A stretch of 64,000 nt of DNA. Source: Takakia lepidozioides (lineage: Eukaryota > Plantae > Bryophyta). Each line of letters begins with the position of its first letter. Position 1 is the first letter of the stretch. Below, piece after piece: positions 1 through 11,466 of the stretch. The notes under the pieces are model-generated. The model was not told the origin of the DNA. It did no database searches and saw only the letters and a program-made list of their open reading frames with translations. The stretch is from the NCBI GenBank assembly GCA_030704615.1, contig CM060731.1, positions 90,024,001-90,088,000 of the forward strand. The letters run 5' to 3'. A program made the position numbers and the translations under genes.

Positions 1-17
1 AGGAGGGTAAGGAGGAG

Positions 18-1136
18 TTGAGAGAAGAAGCTCATAGGCAAGTAGGGTATAGCAGTGAAAAAGGGGAGATGATTTGCAAAAGAGAAGAGTACTATGCATG
101 TGTATGGGGCCTTTGGCACTTCAAGAAAATACTGTTGGGAAGTCATTTTTCCTTGGAAACAGATCTAGATCCATATTGGTGGCTGTACTCAGAGCACCAC
201 ATAGGCATAGACTTACTTGGTGACTTTTCATTTGAGTTCGTTCCGGGCATAGTAAGACCTTCCACAGGTAGAATGTTGACCAAGGATCATGGCATATTGA
301 AGGGAGAACTGAAACCAGGCATAATGCCAGATGGAGAAGGAAAGAGGGTGACTTTTGCTGCACAGACTTTTGCTACAAAAAAACAAGGAAAGGGTATTGA
401 TCAATCAAGCTCTGTCAATTTGGTAAGGGAGGGTATTTGGAAGGATAAGGGTGCAGGAAGGAAAGAGGCTACTGCAATCAGCAACAAGGAAAGGGAGCAT
501 CTGATGCCCTCTTGTCCCACCATCCATGTGATTACCCGAGGATCTCGTGCTCGTGATAAGGAGCTGAGCGAGGTACATCCAGCCTGTGAACTTGTGGAAG
601 AGAGATCGAACAATGAAAAGGGAAGCTTGCAAGAGACACCATTCCTTCAAGACTTGACAAGCACTCCAACTACAAGAAGAACGCGGGTGACTTCCTCATC
701 AGAATGCCCAGCCAAGGAAAACATGGGGGGTGAGTGTTCCACCAAGACGTTTTGTTCTTCAGACAGTGATGGAACAAGTGGTTCAGAACCAGACACTTCT
801 TCTTGCAACAAGATTGATGAAGGGGACTGGGTACCATGGACCGCACCCACCAAAGCTACTCAGATGTCATTATTACGTGAGGCTGAAAGATGGGGGAAAA
901 GCTCTCTCATCAGCTCTGACCAGCATACAGCAGCTGTTAAGGAGGAAAGGCAACCTGATGTGCTAGGCTCTCCCAAGTTGCGGAGGACAGCAAACAATAG
1001 CGTAGGAATTCGGAGCCATCGAACACCGCACGAAGTTGGCAAGTGCGAGGTTCAGTATAGCGACAGACGAAGGCTCACAGGCACCATGCGGAGTCCATCG
1101 ACGATTGGAAGTCGCACATTGAAGTGGAAAGTATAG
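18..1136 (+). pseudogene. Degenerate LTR-retrotransposon (Ty3/Gypsy-like) RNase H remnant followed by low-complexity ORF
   Basis: KREEYYACVWGLWHFKKILLGSHFSLETDLDPYWWL resembles the Gypsy RNase H segment E.E..A.VW....F..YL.G..F.L.TDH.PL.WL; the rest of the ORF is unrecognisable. Confidence 0.45.
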
Positions 1137-1441
1137 TTTCAAGCTACATGCATGAAGGTGGGAGGTGTGATTCCATAGCCAGTAAGTTAGACAATGATGG
1201 CCGAATCGGCGACGAAATAACATCTCATGACAGTTTCTCCTGAGGGTGGATCCAGCAGTATTCTCGGTACGGACAGGAGCATTCGCACTGACAAGTGCCA
1301 GGACTGTTAGTTAAAACGGTCAGACAACCTAGTTGTGCTCATCAAGACTGGCCACAATTCTGTTGTTTCGGAACAATGCAACCCATTCAGGTTGAGGTTT
1401 CAGATTTCCGTCCGGAGTGATTCTTTCGATTGCTGCTGGAC

Positions 1442-3010
1442 GGAAATACGGAGCCGCATTTCCGTATTGGGTCTTCGTCATGCACCAGAGCGACGGAAAT
1501 GCGGCACCGAGTTTCCGTCCGGGGGAAACCTTTACACTCTCCAGAACGGAAATGCGGTAACGCATTTCCATCCAGCAAGCACGGTATGTGAAGGTGGAAC
1601 GGAAATGCGGTACCGCATTTCCGTTCTGATTGAGAATCATGAACAAAGGGAAAAGAAATGCGGCACCGCATTTCCGTCCGAGTCGCACTTTCCGACATTC
1701 CATAACGGAAATGCGGCACCGCATTTCCGCCCGGGTGAGACCTTCATACTCTCCAGAACGGAAATGCGGTAACGCATTTCCATCCAGCAAGCACGGTATG
1801 TGAAGGTGGAACGGAAATGCGGTACCGCATTTCCGTTCTGATTGAGAATCATGAACAAAGGGAAAAGAAATGCGGCACCGCATTTCCGCCCAGGTGAGAC
1901 CTTCATACTCTCCAGAACGGAAATGCGGTAACGCATTTCCATCCAGCAAGCACGGTATGTGAAGGTGTAACGGAAATGCGGTACCGTATTTCCGTTCTGA
2001 TTGAGAATTATGAACAACGGGAACAGAAATGCGGCACCGCATTTCTGTCCGAGTGGCACTTTCCGACATTCCAGAACGGAAATGCGGCGCCGCATTTCCG
2101 TTTTGTATCTGATGCATGGAGCCGAGTGCAATTCCGACCGCTTCAGACATTCAGACTATCCAGAACGGAAATGAGGTACCGCATTTCCGTTCTGACTGTA
2201 AATCGTGAACCATCGGAACTGAAATGCGGCAGCGCATTTCCATCCGAGTCGCACCTCCCTCACAAGCTAGAACGGAAATGCGGAAATGCGGCACCGCATT
2301 TCCGTTCTTCTGAAAAATCGTGAAACATCGGAACTGAAATGTGGTACAGCATTTCCGTCGGAGTCGCACATTCCGACATTCCAAAACGGAAATACGGCGC
2401 CGCATTTCCGTTTTGTATGTGAGGCATAGAGCTTTGGAACGAAAATGCGGCACCGCATTTCCGCCAGGGTCAGACCTTAATACTCTACAGAACGGTAATG
2501 CGGTACTGCATTTCCGTTCTGACTGAAAATCGTCAACAGCAGGAACAGAAATGTGATGCCGCATTTCCATTTATGTGAGACCTTCAAACTTTCCAGACCG
2601 GAAATGCGGCACCGCATTTCCGTTCAGCAACGAAGGTATGTGAAGGGGGAACAGAAATGCGGTACCGCATTTCCGTTCAGATTGAAAATCATGAACCACG
2701 GGAACTGAAATGCTGTGCCGCCTTTCCGTCCGGATCGCACGTTTCGACATTCCAGAACGGAAATGCGGCGCCGCATTTCCCTTTTGTATCTCATACATGG
2801 AGCTGTGGGACGGAAATGCGGCACCATATTTCCGTTCAACAACTAAGGTATGTGAAGGTGGAACGGAAATGCGGTGCCGCATTTTCTTCCAACAAGCACG
2901 GATGTGTAGCTTCGTGATGGTACTTAACGGAAATGCGGCGCCGCATTCGCATTTTCACTCCAACTCCAAATTTGAAAACGTGGAGCAACGGAATTGCGGC
3001 ACATGTCTGC
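1442..3010. repeat. Palindrome array A1: ~29 copies of GGAAATGCGG-YR-CCGCATTTCC with 31-bp spacers (53-bp period)
   Basis: Repeat starts at 1442, 1495, 1548, 1601, 1654, 1707, 1760, 1813, 1866, 1919, 1972, 2025, 2078; after a deletion at 2167, 2220; then 2282 to 2865 again every 53 bp. About five recurring spacer types. Confidence 0.95.
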
Positions 3011-3360
3011 ACTCTATGTGACTGAAGTGGCATGAGGCGGCGCGGCCTGACCGTTGAATAATGATGTTTGTTTTTCGGACGGCATGCGTATCTTGAACGA
3101 TTCGAATTTTGTAATGACGCAAAGTCCACGAGGAGACACTTTCCTCCAACCCTTTCGAACCCAAGTGCTGCATCACCGCCGTTTCATCTGCTTTTGTCGT
3201 GTCTCCTCAGTCACCCCTCTCGCGCCCTTTCTATCTGCACTCTTCGCCCCTTTTCCCTGTCTCTTTTCTTCTTATGCTCGAACCTGAGAGGGAGGGAGTG
3301 CGTGCACCAGAGAAGAGACATCGTCGCAAGCTCCGAAAATTGTACTTCGTTCATAGGCCA

Positions 3361-6300
3361 ATGCCGAAGGGGAGGAAGCAGATGCGTCTACAGGAGGAGA
3401 TTGCCATCTTGCAACATCAGGCCACGCAGGCAACCCAGCAACCAGTGAGAGCTCCGTGCTATCGGGATTCGCCAGCTGATCTAGCAACGAAACCCGCCTC
3501 ATTTTTCTTCTGCAATTCTTAGATTGTATGCTAGGAGACTTGACTGCAGAAGATGTTTGCATGCCTAACCGGAAAGGTGGACGTGCTGGAGGGATTGCAG
3601 GAATCCGAAGAGCCGCAGGCAGAGTCCGTGGAGCTAGCTGCAGCACGCACACCCAGCCGATCCACGAGCACGGGTCTTCCTGCCGGTCCTAGCCCTGTGC
3701 GTTTCAAGGACGCGGCTTCGAAGGCCAAGTCTTTGCAGTTCAAAGCCCCAGAGAGCGACTCGCCTTCAAAGGTCATGGAGAATCGCCAGCAGGGGTCTAG
3801 CCCTTCTCCAGCAAAGATGAAGAAGAAGCAGCCCGTCCTTCAACTTGTTTCTGAACCGGACCAGGCCGTTTCCCCCCCACCCAGGCGAATGAAGCAGATT
3901 CAATTGCAGCAGACACCTTCACCTGCAAGAATGAGGAAGCACAAGGCAATCAGGGGGAGGGCGGAGCAGTCTCCCGCAAAACCAATTCCACGAGCTGAAG
4001 CCCAGTTCCTGCTTGATTTCCAACCTGCTGCAGCGAAGCCAATGGGATCGACCGTCGATCTGGTAGCGGAGGAGGGTGCTGCCTCTCAACGTTCTCAGCA
4101 AGACCTGACCACAGTTGAGGAAGACCTGACCACTGAAGGCCCGGAGGAGGCCTCTGCAATTGCACAATTGTCCGCAAAGATTCCCCAGAGTGCAGCTCCA
4201 GTTCGGGATGCTCCAGCTGCTCAGCCCCTGCTGCCACCAGCAGAAATGTCTCCGGAGGAATTCCAAAGTGCAGCGGATACAATGCTGGAGGAGACACATA
4301 GTAGCATTGGCAGAGTTCTGGGCAGCAGGGTATTCCAGCGGACTCTTCGAATCCCACTCTGTCGCATGGTCTCCCTTCCCATTGTCAGGCAGGCACTTCC
4401 CGGAGATGTGGATAAGCTTAAGTTCGCATTTCGAGAAGGGTACCGTCTAGGTTCGCCAACCTTCTATGTTTCCATTGAGAATGAGGACGGCGAAACTCGT
4501 GGACCCACTGCAAATGAATTGTCAACATGGGATACCCACTGGCACACTCGCAACGACGAATTCGAGGCAACGTTGAAGGGTGATCCAGACTTCGGCCATA
4601 TGTCGGGTAAAATGTTCTTTGTGTGGGACGGGAATCACCGACTTCTTGCCTGGTGGGAGTACATCAAGCAGAACCATGCCAAGCATATTGGCTGGCATTA
4701 CATGGTGGAGTGTGTCATCCTCAAGGTGAAGGCGGCAGACTCCTCCCTGCTCAAGAATGCCATGGGCGGACCTCAACTCCTAAGATACTCATACCCTCCC
4801 AAGCACGTTCGAAATGCGGTGCCGCATTTTGGTTTCCAATCTGTTTTGTTTCCGTGCTTCCGTGGACTGAACTGGAGAGTGTCCCTTGCAGGGTCACTGA
4901 AAATGCGTACGTGCATACCCACATGGCACATATGCTGTACAGGGTGAGGAAAACTGGTCTCACTGATCCGCACATGTTCGCGGAAATGCTGGAGCCCGAG
5001 CTCATTCAGAAAGCCGTGGCAAAAACTGACCGGACATGGTATCGTCTCACTATGGATGGAATGGTGGAGGTGATATACGAAGTAAGTCGTCCTCCCATTC
5101 CCCTCTGCTCATCCTTCCCCAATTTCCGGTAATCTTTCCACATGAATCGAATGTAACGCTTCTGCATGTTTTTGTTGGCAGTCAAACATCAAGCTGGATT
5201 TGGCCCATGCCAAACGCTTCTTCATGGAAAGTGAGGGGCAGGTCAAAACGTTGCAGTCATTGACTGAGCACTTGAAGGAAGCCGGGGTCAAGTCCAGAAT
5301 GAAATACAAGTCAAAGCTTGTGAAGCTAGTGGCCATTGCAGATCCGGCACTTGGAAAGGACTTCATCCCCGAGATTGCAAAACACTATTCTCGGGCCATG
5401 CAGCCGACCATGCAGTTGGAGAAACTGCATCACCTCTCAACGGCATGTGTTGAAGCGAAAGAGAAGGTGATGTTTCAATTCACTCAAGTTCCTTCCTAGC
5501 AATAGCCACTCTTCTTCCTGCGACTAACATTGGATCGGAAATGGCAGACACGGTGGCTGTCGATCTGGAATGCATCGGAGAGTATAAGGACAATGTGGTC
5601 TTTTCCACTCGAAGTTTCCGACCCTGCAGTGGATGTGTGGCTCAACCGCATGACTTGGTGGTTCCAGGTAATTCAAGGTACTTCCCCAGAGTTGCTTTTC
5701 TGAAATGAATTCCCTGAACTGCTATGTGACAATGCATGTGGGAATCGCAGGTAATGACGAATGCGAAGGAGCAAGTCGTAATGCATACAAATTCGTTCGG
5801 CTTGTACGTCAAATGGGATGGAACACAAACATTGGAAGACTACGTGACACGTTTCAGATGTGCTTACAAGGACAACCTCTTCGCCAGGGAGCTACAGACA
5901 GCAAGAAGGAGCGTGGAGTTTACACATCAGGAGGGAGCGGGAAAAGCTGTAATGCGAATTGTTTACAGGTGAAGCCCAGCTGTCCTTGTACGCAAAGCCT
6001 GGTAATGAGGTTTGTCTGGGAAATGCGGCACCGCATTCACATTTTATGTTTTCGGTTGCACTCTGCGAGTACGTTGGTCTCAACTTTTGCTCACGCATGC
6101 TGACTGCCCTGCAGGTATATGAAATACGTGCTTTTTCAGACAGGGGCCCTGGCTCAAGAGCCCCCGTTCTTCATGGCTTGGACCGTGGCGGGCCCAAGCT
6201 GTGTCTACACACCCGAGCTGCAGAAACAATGGCATGCCGCGCATCTGGTTGGATGCCCGTGGTACCTGGACATGTCTGGCGGAATTGTTGACGAGTCTGA

Positions 6301-8469
6301 GAAAGATCTGCACGTGAAAGCAGAAGAGAAGAGAAAGGAAAGACGTGTCCCTGCTCGGGCAGAGTCGGCAAATGAAGCTGCTGCTCTGGAACAATCCAGA
6401 AAGGCGGCTGAGATGGCACAGAAAACGGTGGATGCAGCTGTGCAGGCTCAACAGAAGGGGTCGAAGAAGCGGACTCGCCAGCAAGGAGCAGCAGTTGTGA
6501 CACCCAAGAAAACGAAGAAGCAGAAACAAATAGTGCAGGTAGAGGGTGAGGAAGAGGACTCCGATGGAGACTTTGCAACCAGCCCACCCCCCGAGACGCA
6601 GCCGAAATCCCCTGTGCCCACCGTTGTCACGAGAGGGACGAGAACTGGCTCGGCAAAGAAGGCACTCTTCAACCCCCGGGGGGGCACCCTTTCGAGCCGG
6701 TGGAAATGAAGAGGCCGAAAGTGGATCCCGATACAGTAGTCCAGTGTGTGAATGAGAGTTTCTTGGCGGCTTTGGATGGACGGGCAGCCAAGTTGGCATA
6801 CATGAAGACCATGGAGGGTCTGAAGGGCAGAGCACTGAAGAAGGCGGCTGCCGAAGAGCCTTCCGACACCCCCTGGTTTCTGAAGATGGTCTTGTTCTTT
6901 GAGAGGGTGTGTGCAGACAAGGATTGCAGGAGGAGCGGAAATTCCACCGATTGGTCTTGCGATATGATCATCTTGGATATTCAGACGGAGAGCCTGTGGA
7001 AGGACTGCAAACTTTGTCATCTTGGAACAGGTACTCCGAGGACTTTTGGAAGAAAGGATTCGGGCTCGCCCGCATGGTGTTGGACGACAGAGGCTGTGTG
7101 GTTGTCCTGGCGAGCAGAGGCAAAAACACGCAGACAGGAATTGCGAAGTGGACCCGCAAGAGCGTCGTCCCAATTCTGAAGAAGAAGTGGACGTGCATCA
7201 ACACATTGGGCCTTCGGTCGGAAGGGAAGAAGGTAATTACGACCTTGGCACTCGTCCTTTCATTTTCTTAGGAGTCTTGAAATGCGGTGCCGCATTCGAT
7301 TTCTAATCGTTCCCCACTGTGTATGCAGACGAAGCAGTTCGATGCATACTGCTTTGTGAAGGAGAACTCCACCTTTGCTTTCCGGAAGGAGGGATTGTTG
7401 GTTGACCCGAACTGCGACCCTATCGATTACGACGTCCTGTTCAACAACGTTCCCACGGAACTTCTCCCTCATAGCCTCACTTCAACTGAACCCCTGCGGT
7501 ATTCACGCACTCGGAGCCCTGCCTTCATTCAGACAATTATGGAGACATGCACTGACGTGGAGGGCACAGTGCTCGACCTCATCTGTGGGACAGGTATGCA
7601 TAATCTTGTTGTATGTTTTTCTGCAAACTCTCGTTATGCTTTCATTCGCAACCTTCTGAAGGGCCATGTCATAATGTGTGGATGGCATTGTAACAGGTGC
7701 CTCAATGTGGGCTGGGCGTTTTTCCGACCGACACCTCTTTGCGTACGAGGAGGACACAGGCGTTTGGGGATCCCATCTGGAAGGGCTGCAACGGAATGTG
7801 AAGGCTCCCATCGAAGTCAAAGACCCCTCGGATTTGTCGGAGTCGGAGGAAGAGACAGTGGACATTGATGCCGAGGAGAACCCGGAATACGAGTGAGTGC
7901 AAACATTGTAAGTTTGCAAAGCCTTCTGGGTGATTTTTTTTGTCAAACGCATTTCCGGACTGTGGTTCTCATTGGTCTCTATGGTGATTGTTATATGCAG
8001 GATTGGAGGATCCGGGTCGAAACATGTAAGGCCTACACTTCCTGCCAGGAAGAATGTCCCGTTCTTTGCGAGGGCCGACTTCATGACGAGCCCGGTGAAG
8101 GACTACTCCCTTCCTAGTTATGCAGCTAAACTCGCAAATACAGCGATTAGACGATGTGAGAATCCCAGTAAAGTAGAGCAGATTTTGGAGAGGGCTAGGG
8201 AGGACAGAAGGATAAGGAAAGAGTTAGCAATAGCTGAGGCAGGTAGACGGGTGCGAAAGTTCATATGTAATTCAGCGGATGAGAGCGATGCAGACAGGGA
8301 GGACGACGAGCCAACGGAGGTGAGATGGTTGGTTCCGCAAGGTGAAGATGGGATTTTCGAAAGCCTGGCCAACGACCAGTCCGCTGGAGATGAGAAAGGC
8401 AATGACGGGGTGGAGGCGGAGCAGGACAGTCAAGAACAGGCCGACAGTAGTGATGATTTTCAAGATTGA
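3361..8469 (+). pseudogene. Multi-exon ParB/Srx-like domain + N4/N6 DNA methyltransferase-like fusion gene, copy 1 (frameshifted)
   Basis: ParB/Srx-like FFVWDGNHRLLAW (4615-4653); motif-IV-like CDMIILDI(PD) (~6958-6985); motif X/I/II-like RSPAFIQTIMETCTDVEGTVLDLICGT|GASMWAGRFSDRHLFAYEED spliced across intron 7594-7696; further GT-AG introns (e.g. 5969-6114, 7233-7328). Frameshifts near 4765, 6680 and 6982; mutated donor at 4780. Confidence 0.75.
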
Positions 8470-8606
8470 TACAATTTTAATGAACTCTCTGTACATTTAA
8501 ATTCAATTCCAGAGTATATAAAATGGAATTCTCCCCGTCCTTCATGTCCCCTCTCCCATGTGCTTCTAAACGACAACATCGTCCAAACCTGGTCCCTCCC
8601 AAAATC

Positions 8607-9535
8607 AGAAATGCGGCACCGCATTTCAATGTCTGAACGGAAATGTGGCAACTGCAAAAACCTCGTTTGGAAATGCGGCACCGCATTTCCAAAACCGGGG
8701 CAAGAACAAATTTCCGATTCATGGTTTGGACATCAGAAACTGTTCGGACAAACGGAAATGCGGTGCCGCATTTCCGTTTCCGACACGGCAGTTTTGCCGA
8801 TTGGCAGCTCCTTCCATGGATGTAAATCGAAATGCGGAGGTCGAACATGGAAATGCGGTGCCGCATTTACCTTTTGGAGATGGTCATTTTTCCAACTGCA
8901 GACCCATCGACGTTCTTGGGCTCCCAATTCCATGATGCTAGACGGGAATGCGGCACCGCATTCCATTGTCCAATAAGAAATTTCGATGACGTACATGGAA
9001 ATGTGGCGCCGCATTAGCAAAAGGGACATCGATGTTTGCCCAATTCCAGACCCTTTGACCGAAATGCGGCACCGCATTCCATCGTCCTATAAAAACTTAC
9101 ATTGTCCTATAAAAACTTTCAATTGCCCAACATGGGAAATGCGGCACCGCATTTCCAAAACAGACATCGTTGTTTGTCCAATTCCAGACCCGTGTGGGCA
9201 TTCCGTCTTGATGGACGGAAATGCGGCACCGCATTCCATTGTGCTCTCCGGAAATGTTGTGCCGCATTTCATTGTCCGGTACGAAATTTCGATGACGGAC
9301 ATGGAAATGCGGTGCCGCATTTCAAGTATGGACATGGACAAGCATTACCGACTGGACATGCTTGGATAGTGCAAGGTCGAATATGGTGTTGCGGCGCCGC
9401 ATTTCAAATTCGAAGTATGGTAATGCCATGTCAGGAAATGAAATGTTTTACAGCATTCCGTTACGACGACAGCGGAGGAAAGGGAGCTGCCAGAAAAAGC
9501 TTCATGGAGAAAATGGAATGCGGTGCCGAATTTTC
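8607..9535. repeat. Palindrome array A2 (same 22-bp GGAAATGCGG..CCGCATTTCC unit, variable spacers)
   Basis: GGYRCC cores at 8615, 8647, 8677, 8762, 8836, 8857, 8952, 9005, 9068, 9143, 9225, 9258, 9311, 9393, 9522. Confidence 0.9.
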
Positions 9536-9810
9536 GAGCTTCGGCGTGTACATGTTTCCTACAACTCGTACATGGATTTTCTTCACCTCAGGCTGTGATA
9601 TCGCTGACTCTGGTATATTCATATGGACAGACACATTGTAGAAATGAGACCTCAAATTGTAAAGAGTGGGCCAATTACGGCAGTTCTTGAACACGATGAA
9701 ACACAAGCACACAGAAGTGAGGTACGATGGGTTGTTTTATTGATCGAACACGGTGTCTCACATTTAGCAGCTCCAGACAAATCTAAGCCCTTCCTCCTTC
9801 TACATGGGTG

Positions 9811-10347
9811 TCACCAAGTCGACGGAACTTCGATAGCCCTCAAAACTAGCTCATTACTGATGCGGCATCTCGAGGTAAACTGCAATGCGGTCGATCTGGT
9901 GCCCTTGGTGGAGCTGACGATCATACCACCATCATACATCGACAAGGTCACTGTGGCCCTCCTGTGCCCGTGCGATTCGTCTTCGCAACTTAGCCGAATG
10001 TCTCCATACACTGGAAAAGCGGAGTGAACTCCACGAATATAGTTTTCCCCGGTGCCGTCCTCCCTGGTCCACTGGCAGCAGTTCCAGCGCCAAAGTGAGG
10101 CCGTGCGTGATCTGTCCGGCATCCCATTCCACCTTGGTATATCGAGGTCAACAATTTTTAGGACCCACGGACCGCATTGACCCTCGCCCTCACCTCGCTC
10201 AAAGCGGTAATAGCCCTCCAGATACTCCATTGCAGATGCGTCTGTGAAAAGTGAAAGCCAGACAATGATGTCTCCTGATTGTGGTTTGAACATAGCATAA
10301 TCGTGGCCATGATAAGGGCAGTCAGCAGGATTTCGGCGGCACGGCAT
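9811..10347 (-). CDS. Unknown ~180-aa protein (orfX1), transposon-associated family
   Basis: Open ORF from ATG (MPCRRNPADCPY...RWNCCQWT...ELVLRAIEVP). Clear paralog of 10903-11466 and near-identical to 32732-33337. Confidence 0.65.
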   Translation of the reverse strand: MPCRRNPADCPYHGHDYAMFKPQSGDIIVWLSLFTDASAMEYLEGYYRFERGEGEGQCGPWVLKIVDLDIPRWNGMPDRSRTASLWRWNCCQWTREDGTGENYIRGVHSAFPVYGDIRLSCEDESHGHRRATVTLSMYDGGMIVSSTKGTRSTALQFTSRCRISNELVLRAIEVPSTW

Positions 10348-10604
10348 CCCTGAAAAAGAGTAGCGCAGTACGCTCAATGACAGCAGCTCCCGGATGGAGG
10401 AGGTAGCAGCGCGGTGGCTGGAAGAAATTCAAGCAAACGCTGCAATTCGTCACAAATACTCCAGGGCACATTTAAATTTCCCCCTACAGGAACCTGCAGG
10501 GCTGAAGATTGGCTCATCCATGGATGTAGCCGATTCAGTTTCCTTCCCTGCCATGCAAACTATGGGCAGTAAGTGCCAGGTGGGCCTATAGCCACTCAAG
10601 ACGA

Positions 10605-10667
10605 CGAAGTCCATCCCCCCTTCGATGTAAATGCGGCGCCGAATTTCCATCCGGGGGATGGACTTCG
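10605..10667. promoter_or_regulatory. 63-bp hairpin between divergent orfX genes
   Basis: CGAAGTCCATCCCCC...GGGGGATGGACTTCG are perfect 15-bp arms around a hybrid palindrome (AAATGCGG-CG-CCGAATTTCC); retained at 33596-33658. Confidence 0.6.
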
Positions 10668-10902
10668 GTGGCAGATTTCAAACTATACCCCGTGGATGAG
10701 AAAGAGGTATCGGTTCATCCACCGCTGGCTTGTTGAACACGTTACACGATGATTGGTGGGTACTTGTGACCCAGATGCTCCATTATTGGAGCCCGCACTG
10801 CTCTTCCGCTTCTCATCATTTCGAAAATCTAAGGGCTTCGTTGCTGTCCGCAAGGTGATTTTCATCGGCATCAAACACATCCTCAGGTCCTCCTTTGCAA
10901 GA

Positions 10903-11466
10903 ATGTCGTGCTTCCGGAACCGGGACGACTGCCCTTATGGAGGCATCGATTATGCAATGTATTCGGCCACATCGGGAGACATCGTTATCTGGTACACAGA
11001 TTACATAGAAGATACTGGTTCGAATGTGGAAACATTGTCCGCTTTTGAGTATCTCCCAGGCCAGTACGCCTTCGAGCGGGGTGACAATCTGGGTCTGAGG
11101 AGTCCGTGGCTCCTGCGCATCCTTGATTCCGATTTTCCCAGCTACGACGGGTACCCATGCAGAAGAATGCGCACTGCTATGCTGTTGCGGTGGAACTGCT
11201 GCCAGTGGACGTGGGTGGACTCCATCGGAGAGACTTATACTCCTGAAGGAGTGCGCTCATCTTCTCCATTGTATGGGGACATTCGCATTGGTGTGGACGG
11301 CGAAAACGTGAAGCTTTCCATATTCGATGGTGGTATGATTGAAGGGCACGACATTGTGGTGAACATCAACAGGGGCGGTACAACGGCTGCAATCCAGTTT
11401 ACCTGGAGGAGCCCGAAGACTCATGAGCTAGTTTTGAGAGCAGTCGAAGTCCCATTGACAACGTGA
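10903..11466 (+). CDS. Unknown ~187-aa protein (orfX2), diverged paralog of orfX1
   Basis: MSCFRNRDDCPYGGIDYAM...PWLLRILD...RWNCCQWT...PLYGDIR...DGGMI...ELVLRAVEVP aligns motif by motif with orfX1; intact frame. Confidence 0.7.
   Translation: MSCFRNRDDCPYGGIDYAMYSATSGDIVIWYTDYIEDTGSNVETLSAFEYLPGQYAFERGDNLGLRSPWLLRILDSDFPSYDGYPCRRMRTAMLLRWNCCQWTWVDSIGETYTPEGVRSSSPLYGDIRIGVDGENVKLSIFDGGMIEGHDIVVNINRGGTTAAIQFTWRSPKTHELVLRAVEVPLTT

Noticed and set aside
1442-3010. CRISPR array
   Set aside because: Spacers recur as about five classes, no cas genes or leader are visible, and the context is intron-containing eukaryotic DNA.
1329-3176. Many overlapping ORFs with EMRCRIS / GNAAPHF / KCGTAF peptides (also at 8.5-9.6, 12.5-14.8, 22-24.2 and 31.6-32.6 kb)
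   Set aside because: They are six-frame translations of the stop-free palindromic repeat on both strands, not genes.
3361-8469. Bacterial or phage contamination as the source of the ParB-MTase
   Set aside because: Motifs are split by GT-AG introns, and the gene is embedded among plant retrotransposons and duplicated locally.
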